Shown here: positions 48,207-57,136 of the stretch, piece by piece
How the letters are laid out: each line of letters opens with the position of its first letter
Numbering within the stretch: the first letter of the stretch is position 1
Origin: Myxococcales bacterium
Lineage (GTDB): Bacteria > Desulfobacterota > Binatia > HRBIN30
Length of the DNA stretch: 64,000 nucleotides
Reading direction: 5' to 3'
Assembly: GCA_037445065.1 (NCBI GenBank)
Contig: JBBILD010000004.1
Span: 128,001-192,000 of the forward strand
Program-made: the position numbers and the translations under genes
Notes under the pieces: generated by a model
The model's input: the letters and a program-made list of their open reading frames with translations, nothing else
What the model was told of the DNA's origin: nothing
Databases searched by the model: none

Positions 48207-49766
48207 ATGCAGTGCACGCGATGCGGCCGCGAGGCCGAGGCACAGTTCGTTCAGATTCGCCGCCGGTGGGTTTGGCTGTCTTATCTGGTTGGGTTGGCAC
48301 TGGCCTGGTGGCTTGGCGGCAACCTCCTGCACGATCTAGTCGAGGGCGTGCAGAGGAGCCTGCTCCCTTGGTGGCAACTCGCGGTGCCGATTGCCGCCAT
48401 TGCCATGGCCGCCGCGTTGCAGGGGCTACACTGGCAGATGGCGTTTTGTTCCCGCTGTGGCCTGGATCGTTACGCCACTTGGATCGAACCCGCGCGCTCC
48501 CTCAATCAGGCAAGCCCTGCCGAGCTAGGCCGGCGTCGCGCTCTCAAAGTGGTTGCGGCAGCCGGCGGGGAAGTGGCGGCCTTGGTGGGTGGTGTCGGTG
48601 CGGCGGTTGCTCGCAACCGCGGCTGGATCCCGGTGGCGCAGGACTTCTTTGCGGCCAAGGTAGAGAATATCGCTCCCCAGGCCCGTTCCAAATGGGCTGA
48701 GGCACGCGTGCGCAGTTATCGGCGGCTCGGACGCACAAATGCGATGGTATCGGACATCTCCCTGGGCTCGTCGCGCATCAACGATGTGAACGTCGCGCGT
48801 TACGCGATCGAGCGGGGCATCAATTACTTCGACACAGCTCCCGATTACGCAGACACGAATTCGGAGCGCGTACTGGGCGAGGCCATGAAGGGGCAGCGCG
48901 AAAAGATCTTTTTGGCCACCAAGTTCTGTGTCGCCGATGGCCATCTCCCGAACGACACGCCTGTACCGAAGATCATCGAGGCTGTGGAAGCGAGCTTGCG
49001 CAGGCTGCAAACCGATTACGTGGATTTGATCCACATCCACTCTTGCGATCGTCTCGACCGCTTGTTCGCTCCGAACATTCACGAAGCTTTCGATCGGCTC
49101 AAACAGCAAGGCAAGGTGCGGTTTCTCGGTGTCAGCACCCACACCCCCAATCTCGAGGAGGTAGCCAACGCGGCGATTGATTCTGGCCGCTTCGACGTTC
49201 TGATGCTGGCCTACCACTTCGGTATGTGGCCCAGCTTCGACCACCTCTTGAAGAAGGCCAAGGAAAAGGATGTTGGGATCGTGGCCATGAAGACTCTCAA
49301 AGGGGCGAAGCACACGAATCTCGCGAACTTCCGTGAAGAATCGAGTTCGTACGCGCAGGCTGCTTTCCGCTGGGTACTCTCGAACCCGAACGTCTCTTGT
49401 CTGGTGATTTCGATTTACGAGCGCCGGCAGGTGGATGAGTACCTGTACGCTTCGGGTACAGCGCTGACCCAGCGAGACGTAGCCCTCTTGAAGAAATACG
49501 ACCGCCTGGTGGCAGGGGATTACTGCCAGCCGCATTGCGGTGTCTGCTTGCCTGCGTGCGAGGCCGGGCTGCCGATCAACGACATCCTCCGCTACCGCAT
49601 GTACGCCAAAGACTACCACTGGGAATACGAAGGTCGCCGGCTCTACGCACAGCTCGAGCGCAATGCCTCGGTGTGCGTCAACTGCGCGGCGCCGTGTGCG
49701 GGGGCCTGCCCGCACGGCGTGCCCATTCAGGAGAAGCTCACCGACGCCCACCACTGGCTTGCGTGA
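48207..49766 (+). CDS. Aldo/keto reductase with a C-terminal ferredoxin-like Fe-S domain and an N-terminal membrane extension
   Basis: AKR motifs YRRLGRT, NYFDTAPDY, LATK, SLRRLQTDYVDL..IH and GKVRFLGVS; C-terminal CQPHCGVCLPAC and CVNCAAPCAGACP; AAGGAG RBS. Confidence 0.9.
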   Translation: MQCTRCGREAEAQFVQIRRRWVWLSYLVGLALAWWLGGNLLHDLVEGVQRSLLPWWQLAVPIAAIAMAAALQGLHWQMAFCSRCGLDRYATWIEPARSLNQASPAELGRRRALKVVAAAGGEVAALVGGVGAAVARNRGWIPVAQDFFAAKVENIAPQARSKWAEARVRSYRRLGRTNAMVSDISLGSSRINDVNVARYAIERGINYFDTAPDYADTNSERVLGEAMKGQREKIFLATKFCVADGHLPNDTPVPKIIEAVEASLRRLQTDYVDLIHIHSCDRLDRLFAPNIHEAFDRLKQQGKVRFLGVSTHTPNLEEVANAAIDSGRFDVLMLAYHFGMWPSFDHLLKKAKEKDVGIVAMKTLKGAKHTNLANFREESSSYAQAAFRWVLSNPNVSCLVISIYERRQVDEYLYASGTALTQRDVALLKKYDRLVAGDYCQPHCGVCLPACEAGLPINDILRYRMYAKDYHWEYEGRRLYAQLERNASVCVNCAAPCAGACPHGVPIQEKLTDAHHWLA

Positions 49767-49791
49767 GCGCTGCGCGCTAGGTCTTCGACGG

Positions 49792-49806
49792 TGAAATTCA
49801 TTTTCA
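49792..49806. promoter_or_regulatory. Putative Fur-family (iron) operator upstream of feoAB
   Basis: AT-rich dyad TGAAATTCATTTTCA (7-1-7 Fur-box-like) in a GC-rich background, 40 nt before feoA. Confidence 0.68.
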
Positions 49807-49845
49807 ACTTGCCCCGGTCGCGCGGGACCCGGGCAAGAGGATGAA

Positions 49846-50136
49846 ATGATCCGGACGATGACAGCGCGAGACTCTGGCAAGCGAACCGCAGGGAGCGGCA
49901 TCCCGCTGCGGCAATTAGCGGTGGGGCAATGGGCGAAGCTTTGCGAGCTGGGGTCGCGCCCGGTCTCCCACCGCCTGCTCGATTTAGGCTTCGTTCCAGG
50001 GACCCGTTTGAGGGTGGTGCGCCGGGCTCCCCTCGGGGACCCTGTGGAAATCGAGATTCGCGGCACGCGCCTTTGTTTGCGCGCCGCCCAGTTGCGGGGG
50101 CTACGCGTGCTTCCGGAGAACACCCCCGACCCATGA
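49846..50136 (+). CDS. feoA: Ferrous iron transport protein A
   Basis: Motifs RLLDLGFVPG, APLGDPVEI.IRG and L.LR; ATGA overlap with feoB. Confidence 0.92.
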   Translation: MIRTMTARDSGKRTAGSGIPLRQLAVGQWAKLCELGSRPVSHRLLDLGFVPGTRLRVVRRAPLGDPVEIEIRGTRLCLRAAQLRGLRVLPENTPDP

Positions 50137-52052
50137 ACGCAGCGGTGTTGCATGAGCGGCGCGAGCGACCGGTTCGCATCGCGCTCGTGGGTTCGCCCAA
50201 TGCGGGCAAGACCACGCTGTTCAATGCGCTGACTGGCTCGCTGGCGCGGGTGGGGAATTACGCAGGCGTCACGGTGGAGCGCCGCGAGGGCGAACTGCGT
50301 GGCAGTGACGGCAACGTTTTGATTCTCGATTTGCCCGGAACGTACGCTTTGCGGGGGGAAGCGCCGGACGAAAAAATCGTGGAGCGAGTGCTGGACGGGA
50401 AACTCGCGGGCGAGCCCGAGCTGGACGGGGTGGTCGCAGTCGCCGATGCGACCACGTTGCGGCGCGGCCTGGGCCTGGTGCGGCAAGTCCTCGCACGCGG
50501 ACTCCCCACCATCCTGGTGCTCACCATGATCGACGAGTTACGGGCGCGCGGCGGCAGGCTCGATGTGGGAAAACTGTCGCGGCATCTCGGGATCCCCGTG
50601 CTGGGCGTCGTCGGCCACCGCGGTGTGGGTATCGAGCAAGTGGTGCGCCTGTTGCCGGAGCCTTGGCGATGGCCGCGCCCGAAACAACTGCCCCCTCGCG
50701 ACGAAGACCCGATTCAGCGCTTTGCCTGGGTGGATGCAGTGTGCGACGCGGTGGGCGCAAGCAACATGCGCCCGGATACGCGCACCGATCGCATTGACCG
50801 CTGGCTTTTGCATCCGGTGTTCGGCCTCGCCACGTTAGCGGTGATTTTGTTGGTGTTCTTTCAGGCGATCTTTTCCTGGGCGGCTCCACTCATGGATGCC
50901 ATCGATGCTTTTTTCACCCAGCTTGCTGCCTGGTCGCGAGCGTTGTTGCCGCCGGGGCTTCTTACCGAACTGTGGGCCGGAGGGGTGGTCACCGGAGTGG
51001 GGTCGGTCTTGGTCTTCCTACCCCAACTGGTCATCTTGTTTACGTTCATCCACCTGTTGAATGACCTCGGCTACATGGCGCGAGCGGCGTTCGTCGTGGA
51101 TCGAATCATGGGCTGGGTTGGCCTGCAGGGACGCAGCTTCGTGCCACTGCTCTCGTGCTTTGCCTGTGCGGTGCCCGGAATCATGGCCACCCGTACGATT
51201 GCGTCGCCGCGCGAGCGCCTGGCCACGATCCTAGTGGCACCCTTCATGACCTGCTCAGCGCGACTACCCGTGTACACGTTGCTCATCTCGGCTTTCGTTC
51301 CTGCGCGCCCGGTGTGGGGGCCGATCGGGTTGCAAGGGTTGGTGATGTTCGGCCTGTACCTCCTCGGGGTGCTGACAGCGCTGACCTCGGCCGCGTTGTT
51401 CAGCAAGACGATGCTGCGCGGCACGCCCTCGGTGTTTTACATGGAACTTCCCCCTTACCGCTGGCCGACGGCCAAGTTGTTACTGCGCCAAGTGTGGGGC
51501 AGTGTCGCCGCCTTCTTGAAACGGGCGGGTACGATCATCCTCGCGGTCAGTTTGGTGATGTGGGCGCTACTGGCTTTTCCGCGGGTCCCGCACGAGACGG
51601 GGCTGTCCGAGACAGAGCAGGCGCGCCTTCAGCTCGAGCAAAGCATCGCCGGCCGCATGGGCCGCGCCATCGAGCCAGCAATCGCACCGCTGGGGTTCGA
51701 CTGGAAAGTGGGCGTTGGCTTGATCGCAAGCTTGGCCGCGCGCGAAGTGCTCGTTGCGACGCTGGCGCAGATTCATTCGGTGGCAAATGCGGACGATTAC
51801 GATGGCTTGCGCGATGCGCTGCGGCGCGACGTGGACCCGAAAACCGGCAAGGCGGCCTTTACGCTTGCCATGGCGTTGAGCCTGCTCGTGTTTTTCGTCT
51901 TTGCCCTGCAGTGTACCTCTACGATCGTGGTCATGGCGCGCGAGACCGGTAGCTGGCGCTGGCCGGCGTTCGCGTTCACGTACATGCTCGCTTTGGCTTG
52001 GTTGGCGAGCTTCTTGACGTTTCAACTTGCGACCGCTGCCGGCGTAAGCTGA
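50133..52052 (+). CDS. feoB: Ferrous iron transport protein B
   Basis: G1 GSPNAGKT, G2 GNYAGVTVE, G3 DLPG; membrane domain motifs GYMARAAF, CAVP, MTCSARLPVY and MELPPY. Confidence 0.96.
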   Translation: MNAAVLHERRERPVRIALVGSPNAGKTTLFNALTGSLARVGNYAGVTVERREGELRGSDGNVLILDLPGTYALRGEAPDEKIVERVLDGKLAGEPELDGVVAVADATTLRRGLGLVRQVLARGLPTILVLTMIDELRARGGRLDVGKLSRHLGIPVLGVVGHRGVGIEQVVRLLPEPWRWPRPKQLPPRDEDPIQRFAWVDAVCDAVGASNMRPDTRTDRIDRWLLHPVFGLATLAVILLVFFQAIFSWAAPLMDAIDAFFTQLAAWSRALLPPGLLTELWAGGVVTGVGSVLVFLPQLVILFTFIHLLNDLGYMARAAFVVDRIMGWVGLQGRSFVPLLSCFACAVPGIMATRTIASPRERLATILVAPFMTCSARLPVYTLLISAFVPARPVWGPIGLQGLVMFGLYLLGVLTALTSAALFSKTMLRGTPSVFYMELPPYRWPTAKLLLRQVWGSVAAFLKRAGTIILAVSLVMWALLAFPRVPHETGLSETEQARLQLEQSIAGRMGRAIEPAIAPLGFDWKVGVGLIASLAAREVLVATLAQIHSVANADDYDGLRDALRRDVDPKTGKAAFTLAMALSLLVFFVFALQCTSTIVVMARETGSWRWPAFAFTYMLALAWLASFLTFQLATAAGVS

Positions 52053-52172
52053 CGCACGGACTCCCGCCAGACAGCGAAGGTGCCAGCGGTCCGGCATGCC
52101 GCCGAACCCAGCGCCAGGGTTACGCGATGCTTCCGGGTTCGTCTGTTGGGACCGCGGTCGCTGCCGCCCTCG

Positions 52173-53330
52173 TCAGGGCCGCGTATACAGGGCCACCACG
52201 CAGGCTCCACCGAGGCCGAGATTGTGCTGCAGGCCGACGCGTGCATTCTCGACCTGCCGCTTTTCGGCCTGCCCACGGAGCTGCCACACCAATTCGGCGC
52301 ATTGCGCCAACCCCGTGGCACCGAGCGGGTGCCCCTTGGAGAGCAGACCGCCGGAAGGATTCACCACCCAGCGCCCGCCGTACGTGGTGGCCTCGTCTTC
52401 GACGAGCTTCTCGCCCTCTCCCTCCGCGCACATGCCCAGACCCTCGTACGTGATGAGTTCGTTCGTACTGAAGCAATCGTGAAGTTCGATGACGTCCACG
52501 TCCTCGATCCCGATGCCTGTCTCTTCGTAGACCCGGCGGGCTGCCCGTTCGGTCATTCCCATGCCCACCATCCCGATGCGACCGCGTGCCCAGTCTTCCA
52601 TGCGGTCCGTGCTCATCGCCATGGCTTTGATTTCGGTCGCCCCAGGGTGGGGATGGCGTTTCAAGTAGTCTTCTGAGACCAGCACAGCCGCGGCTGCGCC
52701 ATCGCTGGTCGGACAGCACTGCAGCAGGGTGAGAGGATCGTACACCATGCGGGAGGCCAGAATTTCCTCCAGGGAAAACTCTTGCCGGTACTGGGCCCGC
52801 GGGTTGTGTACCGAGTGGCGGTGGTTTTTGACAGCGATCTTGGCAAAGGTTTCCGGCTTGGTGCCGTACTTCTCCATGTGGTCGCGCCCGGCATCCCCAA
52901 ACATGCGAGCGGCAATCGGCGGCTTGTTCTCTCTCTCCGCTTCTTCTTTGAGCTGCTCGAGTCCCTTGAGCTGCTTTTCCAGCGGGCCCTTTTCCATTTT
53001 CTCGAAACCGAGTGCGAGGACGGCCTGGTTCATCCCCGTGCGAATCGCATTGTACGCCAGGTAGAGAGCGGTGGACCCGGTGGCGCAGTTGTTGTGCACG
53101 TTGTACACGGGGATTCCGGTCATCCCGATGCCATAGAGCGTGAGCTGACCAAGGGTGCTCATCCCATTGATGTAGCCGCAAAACGCTTGCTCAATGTTCT
53201 CGTATGGGATGCCCGCGTCCTTGAGCGCGGCCTGTGCAGCTTCTTGGCCGAGTTCGCGAACGTCTCGCTCGCAACGCTCGAACTTGGTCATGCCCACCCC
53301 GATGACAAACACTCGCTGACCCGCGTTCAT
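52173..53330 (-). CDS. SCP2/SCP-x-type thiolase (lipid-transfer protein family)
   Basis: Motifs GVGMTKF, NNCATGS, CCPTSDGAAA, ELHDCF, NPSGGLLSKGHPLGATG and HNLGLGG. Confidence 0.93.
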   Translation of the reverse strand: MNAGQRVFVIGVGMTKFERCERDVRELGQEAAQAALKDAGIPYENIEQAFCGYINGMSTLGQLTLYGIGMTGIPVYNVHNNCATGSTALYLAYNAIRTGMNQAVLALGFEKMEKGPLEKQLKGLEQLKEEAERENKPPIAARMFGDAGRDHMEKYGTKPETFAKIAVKNHRHSVHNPRAQYRQEFSLEEILASRMVYDPLTLLQCCPTSDGAAAAVLVSEDYLKRHPHPGATEIKAMAMSTDRMEDWARGRIGMVGMGMTERAARRVYEETGIGIEDVDVIELHDCFSTNELITYEGLGMCAEGEGEKLVEDEATTYGGRWVVNPSGGLLSKGHPLGATGLAQCAELVWQLRGQAEKRQVENARVGLQHNLGLGGACVVALYTRP

Positions 53331-53430
53331 CTGTGCTCCTCCCGCAACGGCTTTGGACTGTGGCCGTTTTAGAACGATCGCTTGAACTGGTAAAGGCCGA
53401 CGGATCGCGGAGCCTCAGCCGAGAAGCGGG

Positions 53431-53883
53431 TCAGCCTGGCCCCGCCAGCCGGCGGAACTCCGCTGGAATCCGCACTGGCCGGCCCTGTTCATTGAGGATC
53501 GCGTGCACAGTGAAGCCGGAGGCCACGACTTCCGCCTCACCTCCCCGCGTAATTTCGTAGTCAATGGTCAGGCGCGCGCGACTCACCTCACGCAGGCCAG
53601 CACGGATCGAAAGCACGTCGTCGTAGCGAGCAGGCCGGTGGTAGCGGCAATGAACTTCTACCACTGCGAGGTACAACCCTTCTTGGATGTACCGGGGAAA
53701 AGGATGCCCGAGAGCACGGAACAGTTCGGCCCGGCCGATTTCGAACAGGCGCAAGTAGCTGCCGTAGTACATGATGCGCATCGGGTCGCAGTCCGCGAAC
53801 AAGACCCGATAGCGAGCCACTTCTCGCAGAGAGGACACCGCAGGGGCAGATGGGGTCACAACGCTGGCCACTCGTGCCTCCAC
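53431..53883 (-). CDS. YbgC/FadM-family acyl-CoA thioesterase (hotdog fold)
   Basis: Motifs RV.FADCDPM.IMYYGSYL.LFE.GR and Y.RPARYDD. Confidence 0.85.
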   Translation of the reverse strand: MEARVASVVTPSAPAVSSLREVARYRVLFADCDPMRIMYYGSYLRLFEIGRAELFRALGHPFPRYIQEGLYLAVVEVHCRYHRPARYDDVLSIRAGLREVSRARLTIDYEITRGGEAEVVASGFTVHAILNEQGRPVRIPAEFRRLAGPG

Positions 53884-55262
53884 GGGCGAAGCTGTTCGTA
53901 CTCGGCTGCCAGCTGTAACAACAGGTCTTCGCGCAAGCGAGGCGCGACGAACTGAATTCCCACGGGGAGTCCATTGTTCGTCTTTCCGGCGCGCAGGGAG
54001 ATGGCCGGATGGCCGGTGAAGTTGAACGGGTACGTGAACGCAATTGCGCCGCCAGGGGTGCTCACCGGGACCCCGTCAACCTCGAAGGGGATCGGTCCCT
54101 CCGCAGCAAATGGTTCGGTGGCGGTGGTCGGTGTGCAGAGGAGATCGAAGCGCTCGAAGTAATGGTTGACGGTGGCGGTCAGTTGGGCGCGCAGCTTGAG
54201 TACCTCGCCGAGGTCGGCAGGACGGAGCTGGCGCGCCAGTTCCACACCCACGCGATAGCCGGGATCGAGTAAGTCCTCGTTGTGAAAATGGGCGCCGTGG
54301 AAGGCATAATCCTCGACTGCCATGAGTCGAGCCCAATCCAGTACGATGTCCTGGAGTGGTGGTTCCACGAGTTCGACCCGATGGCCGGTTCCCTCGAGAG
54401 CCTGCAGCGCGCTTTCCACGGCCTCGCGTACCGCGCGCGCGGGACGCGCGTAGCCTAGGGTGGCAGAGTAGGCGATGCGCAGCCGCGCCGGCGGTTGGCA
54501 GATGATCTGGCGGTACGAAATCCCTGGATGGGGCAGTGAGAAGGGGTCTTCAGGGTGAGGGCCCACGGTGACGTCGAGCCATAACGCCGCATCCTCCACC
54601 GAGCGGGTCAGGGGACCGCTGACAATGCAGTGCGAGAAGCGCAACGCGTCCTCGGGGCCCCACGGGATCCTTCCCTGGCTGGGCTTGAGTCCCACGAGCC
54701 CCGTGTATGCTGCCGGGATGCGCACCGAACCGCCACCATCGGAGGCTGTGGCGAGTGGAACGATGCCGCCCGCGACCGCTGCCGCCGAGCCCCCCGACGA
54801 GCCTCCGGGTGTCCGCTCGAGGTTCCAAGGATTGCGGGTCGGGCCAAAGACTCGATTGGTCGTAAACGCTGTGTAGCCGAACTCCGGAGTATTGGTTTTG
54901 CCGATCACGATGGCGCCAGCTTGTTTGAGGCGAGCGACTTGGATCGTATCCCGCTGGGACACGTGGTCTTTGTAAATGAGCGAACCGTGCGTGTTGGGCA
55001 GGCCGACGGTATCCTCGAGGTCCTTGACCCCGAGCGGCAGACCCGCGAGCGGGCCAACGTCTTCCCCACGTGCCAAGCGTTCCGCGACCGCGCCGGCTTC
55101 ACGCAACAGTTCTTCTTCTTCGCGTAGGCTCACGAACGCGTTCAGCCGCGGGTTCACGGTCGCCAGGCGATCCAGCGTGAAACGCATGAGTTCGACCGGC
55201 GACAGCTCTTTGCGCCGAATCGCTGCTGCCAGCTCGGAAGCAGAGGCAAAACGAAGATCCAT
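53856..55262 (-). CDS. Amidase signature-family protein
   Basis: Motifs GVKDL, GKTNTPEFG, GGSSGGS and SDGGGSVRIP; start ATG 55262 after AAGGAG. Confidence 0.94.
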   Translation of the reverse strand: MDLRFASASELAAAIRRKELSPVELMRFTLDRLATVNPRLNAFVSLREEEELLREAGAVAERLARGEDVGPLAGLPLGVKDLEDTVGLPNTHGSLIYKDHVSQRDTIQVARLKQAGAIVIGKTNTPEFGYTAFTTNRVFGPTRNPWNLERTPGGSSGGSAAAVAGGIVPLATASDGGGSVRIPAAYTGLVGLKPSQGRIPWGPEDALRFSHCIVSGPLTRSVEDAALWLDVTVGPHPEDPFSLPHPGISYRQIICQPPARLRIAYSATLGYARPARAVREAVESALQALEGTGHRVELVEPPLQDIVLDWARLMAVEDYAFHGAHFHNEDLLDPGYRVGVELARQLRPADLGEVLKLRAQLTATVNHYFERFDLLCTPTTATEPFAAEGPIPFEVDGVPVSTPGGAIAFTYPFNFTGHPAISLRAGKTNNGLPVGIQFVAPRLREDLLLQLAAEYEQLRPWRHEWPAL

Positions 55263-55394
55263 GCCGTGCTCCTTTCTCGGTGGTGTGCGCTGCCTAGGCG
55301 CAGAGCCCGTGGTGTGCAAGCGGGGTCGCTACGAAGCAAGTCGGGGCACTCGGCGGCGTGGTGGGTCAACGCGTCGCTGCTCTGGTACGGTGAT

Positions 55395-55521
55395 GCTGCG
55401 CAAGCCGAACGCTGCCGCCAGAGCAGCAGGTCGTTCGTCCGCCCCAGGGGAAGCGGTTGCTCCAGGCCGGACCGCCATGGTCGGGGGCGCCGAGTACGGT
55501 GTGTCCCTCGGCTTGCGCAGC
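55395..55521. repeat. 127-bp intergenic element closed by a perfect 14-bp inverted repeat
   Basis: GCTGCGCAAGCCGA (55395-55408) and TCGGCTTGCGCAGC (55508-55521). Confidence 0.6.
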
Positions 55522-55595
55522 TTTCGGCGGGCGAGCCGCTGAGACACGCAGCCTCGGTTGAGGCCGGTTGCGGCCTCCATTATGAGCGGCCGGCC

Positions 55596-56153
55596 ATGGT
55601 AGTGATCGTCTACGGTTACGAGGGCTCAGGTCCTGGCCATTGGCAGCGGTGGCTCGAGAACGAACTACGCTCGCGCAATCACGCGGTCGTATTCCCCGAG
55701 CTCCCCGCACCGCAGGCGCCGAGTTGCGAGGTGTGGGTCGAAGAACTGGCCAAAATCGTCCATGCCGCGCCGCAGCCTGTGACCTTCGTTGCTCACTCGC
55801 TCGGTTGTTGGGCGGTGGACCATTTCCTGGCCCGGTACGGAAGCAGCCGGGTACAGGCCGCTTTGCTGGTGGCGCCGCCCTCACCATATCTCCTGTTCGA
55901 GCCCGTGCAGAGTTTCTTTCCACCGCCGCAAAGGCAAGAGGCATGGTCGCCGATTGCCGCCGCGAGCTTGCTCGTGGGTAGCAACAACGACCCGTACATC
56001 GAATTGTCAGAGCTGCGCGAAATCTCCGCCCGCCTGCGCGTTCCTCTCGAAGTCTTGCCCGGATCCGGACACATCAACATCGAGTCCGGTTTCGGTCCGT
56101 GGCCGTTCGCGCGGGAGTGGGTGGAGCGGCTGGGCGGCTCGGCCGCCGGATGA
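55596..56153 (+). CDS. RBBP9/YdeN-family alpha/beta hydrolase
   Basis: Motifs GY.GSGPGHWQ.WL, nucleophile AHSLG, LLVAPP, SNNDPY and GHIN..SGFGPW. Confidence 0.9.
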   Translation: MVVIVYGYEGSGPGHWQRWLENELRSRNHAVVFPELPAPQAPSCEVWVEELAKIVHAAPQPVTFVAHSLGCWAVDHFLARYGSSRVQAALLVAPPSPYLLFEPVQSFFPPPQRQEAWSPIAAASLLVGSNNDPYIELSELREISARLRVPLEVLPGSGHINIESGFGPWPFAREWVERLGGSAAG

Positions 56154-56210
56154 TTTGCACTTGCAGCTCGGCCACGCGAGTCGCCCTCGCGGCTCCCGGT
56201 GGCGCCTGGC

Positions 56211-57074
56211 TTACGCAGTGCCTGCCGCGGTGCGTTCCGTCGCCAGCCCGCCAAGGAAGTCGAGCACCGCGCGGTTGAATTCGTCCGGCATCTCCAGGTT
56301 AAAGGCGTGGCTTCCGCCTGGGATCCGCACCAGCTTTGCCCCTGGGATCTTTGCTGCCAGGAGCTCGGAACACACTGGGGGCACGAGCTGATCGGCGTCT
56401 CCAGTGATCACGAGCGTGGGGACGCGGAGCTCGGCCAGCCGGTCTTCCGTATTGTGAGCGAGTACGGCCGCAACTTGGCCGAGGATTCCTTCCGGCGAGA
56501 AACCGAACTGGATGCTGGCCGAGAACAGCTCGATGAGCTTGGGCAATTCGCGCGCGAGGAAGTCGGGGTTGAACACGAGCGGCATCAACGTCTGGAAGAA
56601 GCGCAGAGGATCGATCTGGGTGAGATCGATCCGAATCGAACCGTCGGAGTCGGTCGAACCGCCGAGTTGCGCGACCAGCGCGTCGCGGCGTGCCAAGATC
56701 GCGTCGTCGGCCTTCGCATACGTGCAAGCCAGCACCAGGCTGCGTACCGCATCGGGAAACTGCAAAGCAAGCTCTTGCGCGATCATGCCTCCCATCGAAA
56801 CTCCGAGCACGTGTGCCGCAGGGATGGAGAGGGCGTCGAGCAAGCCTTTCGCATCCCGGGCCATTTGTGCGGTCGTGTACGGGCCAGGGGGCTTGCTGCT
56901 GCGCCCCACACCGCGATTGTCGAATACAATGGTACGGTAGCTCTGGGCGAAAGCAGGGCGCTGGTAGACCCAGGCGAGGGAATCTGCCGCCAGTCCCATG
57001 ATCAGCAGCAGTGGCTCCCCGCCCCCTTCCTCTTCGTAGTACAGTTCGATGTTGTTGACGTTGACCGTGGGCAT
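56211..57074 (-). CDS. Alpha/beta fold hydrolase (3-oxoadipate enol-lactonase-like)
   Basis: Motifs LLIMGL, FDNRGVGRS, GVSMGG, GDADQLVP and SH. Confidence 0.9.
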   Translation of the reverse strand: MPTVNVNNIELYYEEEGGGEPLLLIMGLAADSLAWVYQRPAFAQSYRTIVFDNRGVGRSSKPPGPYTTAQMARDAKGLLDALSIPAAHVLGVSMGGMIAQELALQFPDAVRSLVLACTYAKADDAILARRDALVAQLGGSTDSDGSIRIDLTQIDPLRFFQTLMPLVFNPDFLARELPKLIELFSASIQFGFSPEGILGQVAAVLAHNTEDRLAELRVPTLVITGDADQLVPPVCSELLAAKIPGAKLVRIPGGSHAFNLEMPDEFNRAVLDFLGGLATERTAAGTA

Positions 57075-57136
57075 GAGCGCGCTTTTGCGCGTTGCCCGCG
57101 GCTAGCGCAAGGGTGGCCGCCGCTTCATCCACTGCT

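Noticed and set aside
55445..55485. Cobalamin riboswitch (GGGAA...GCCA-like words)
   Set aside because: The required stems do not pair, the B12 box is absent, and the flanking genes are not B12-related.
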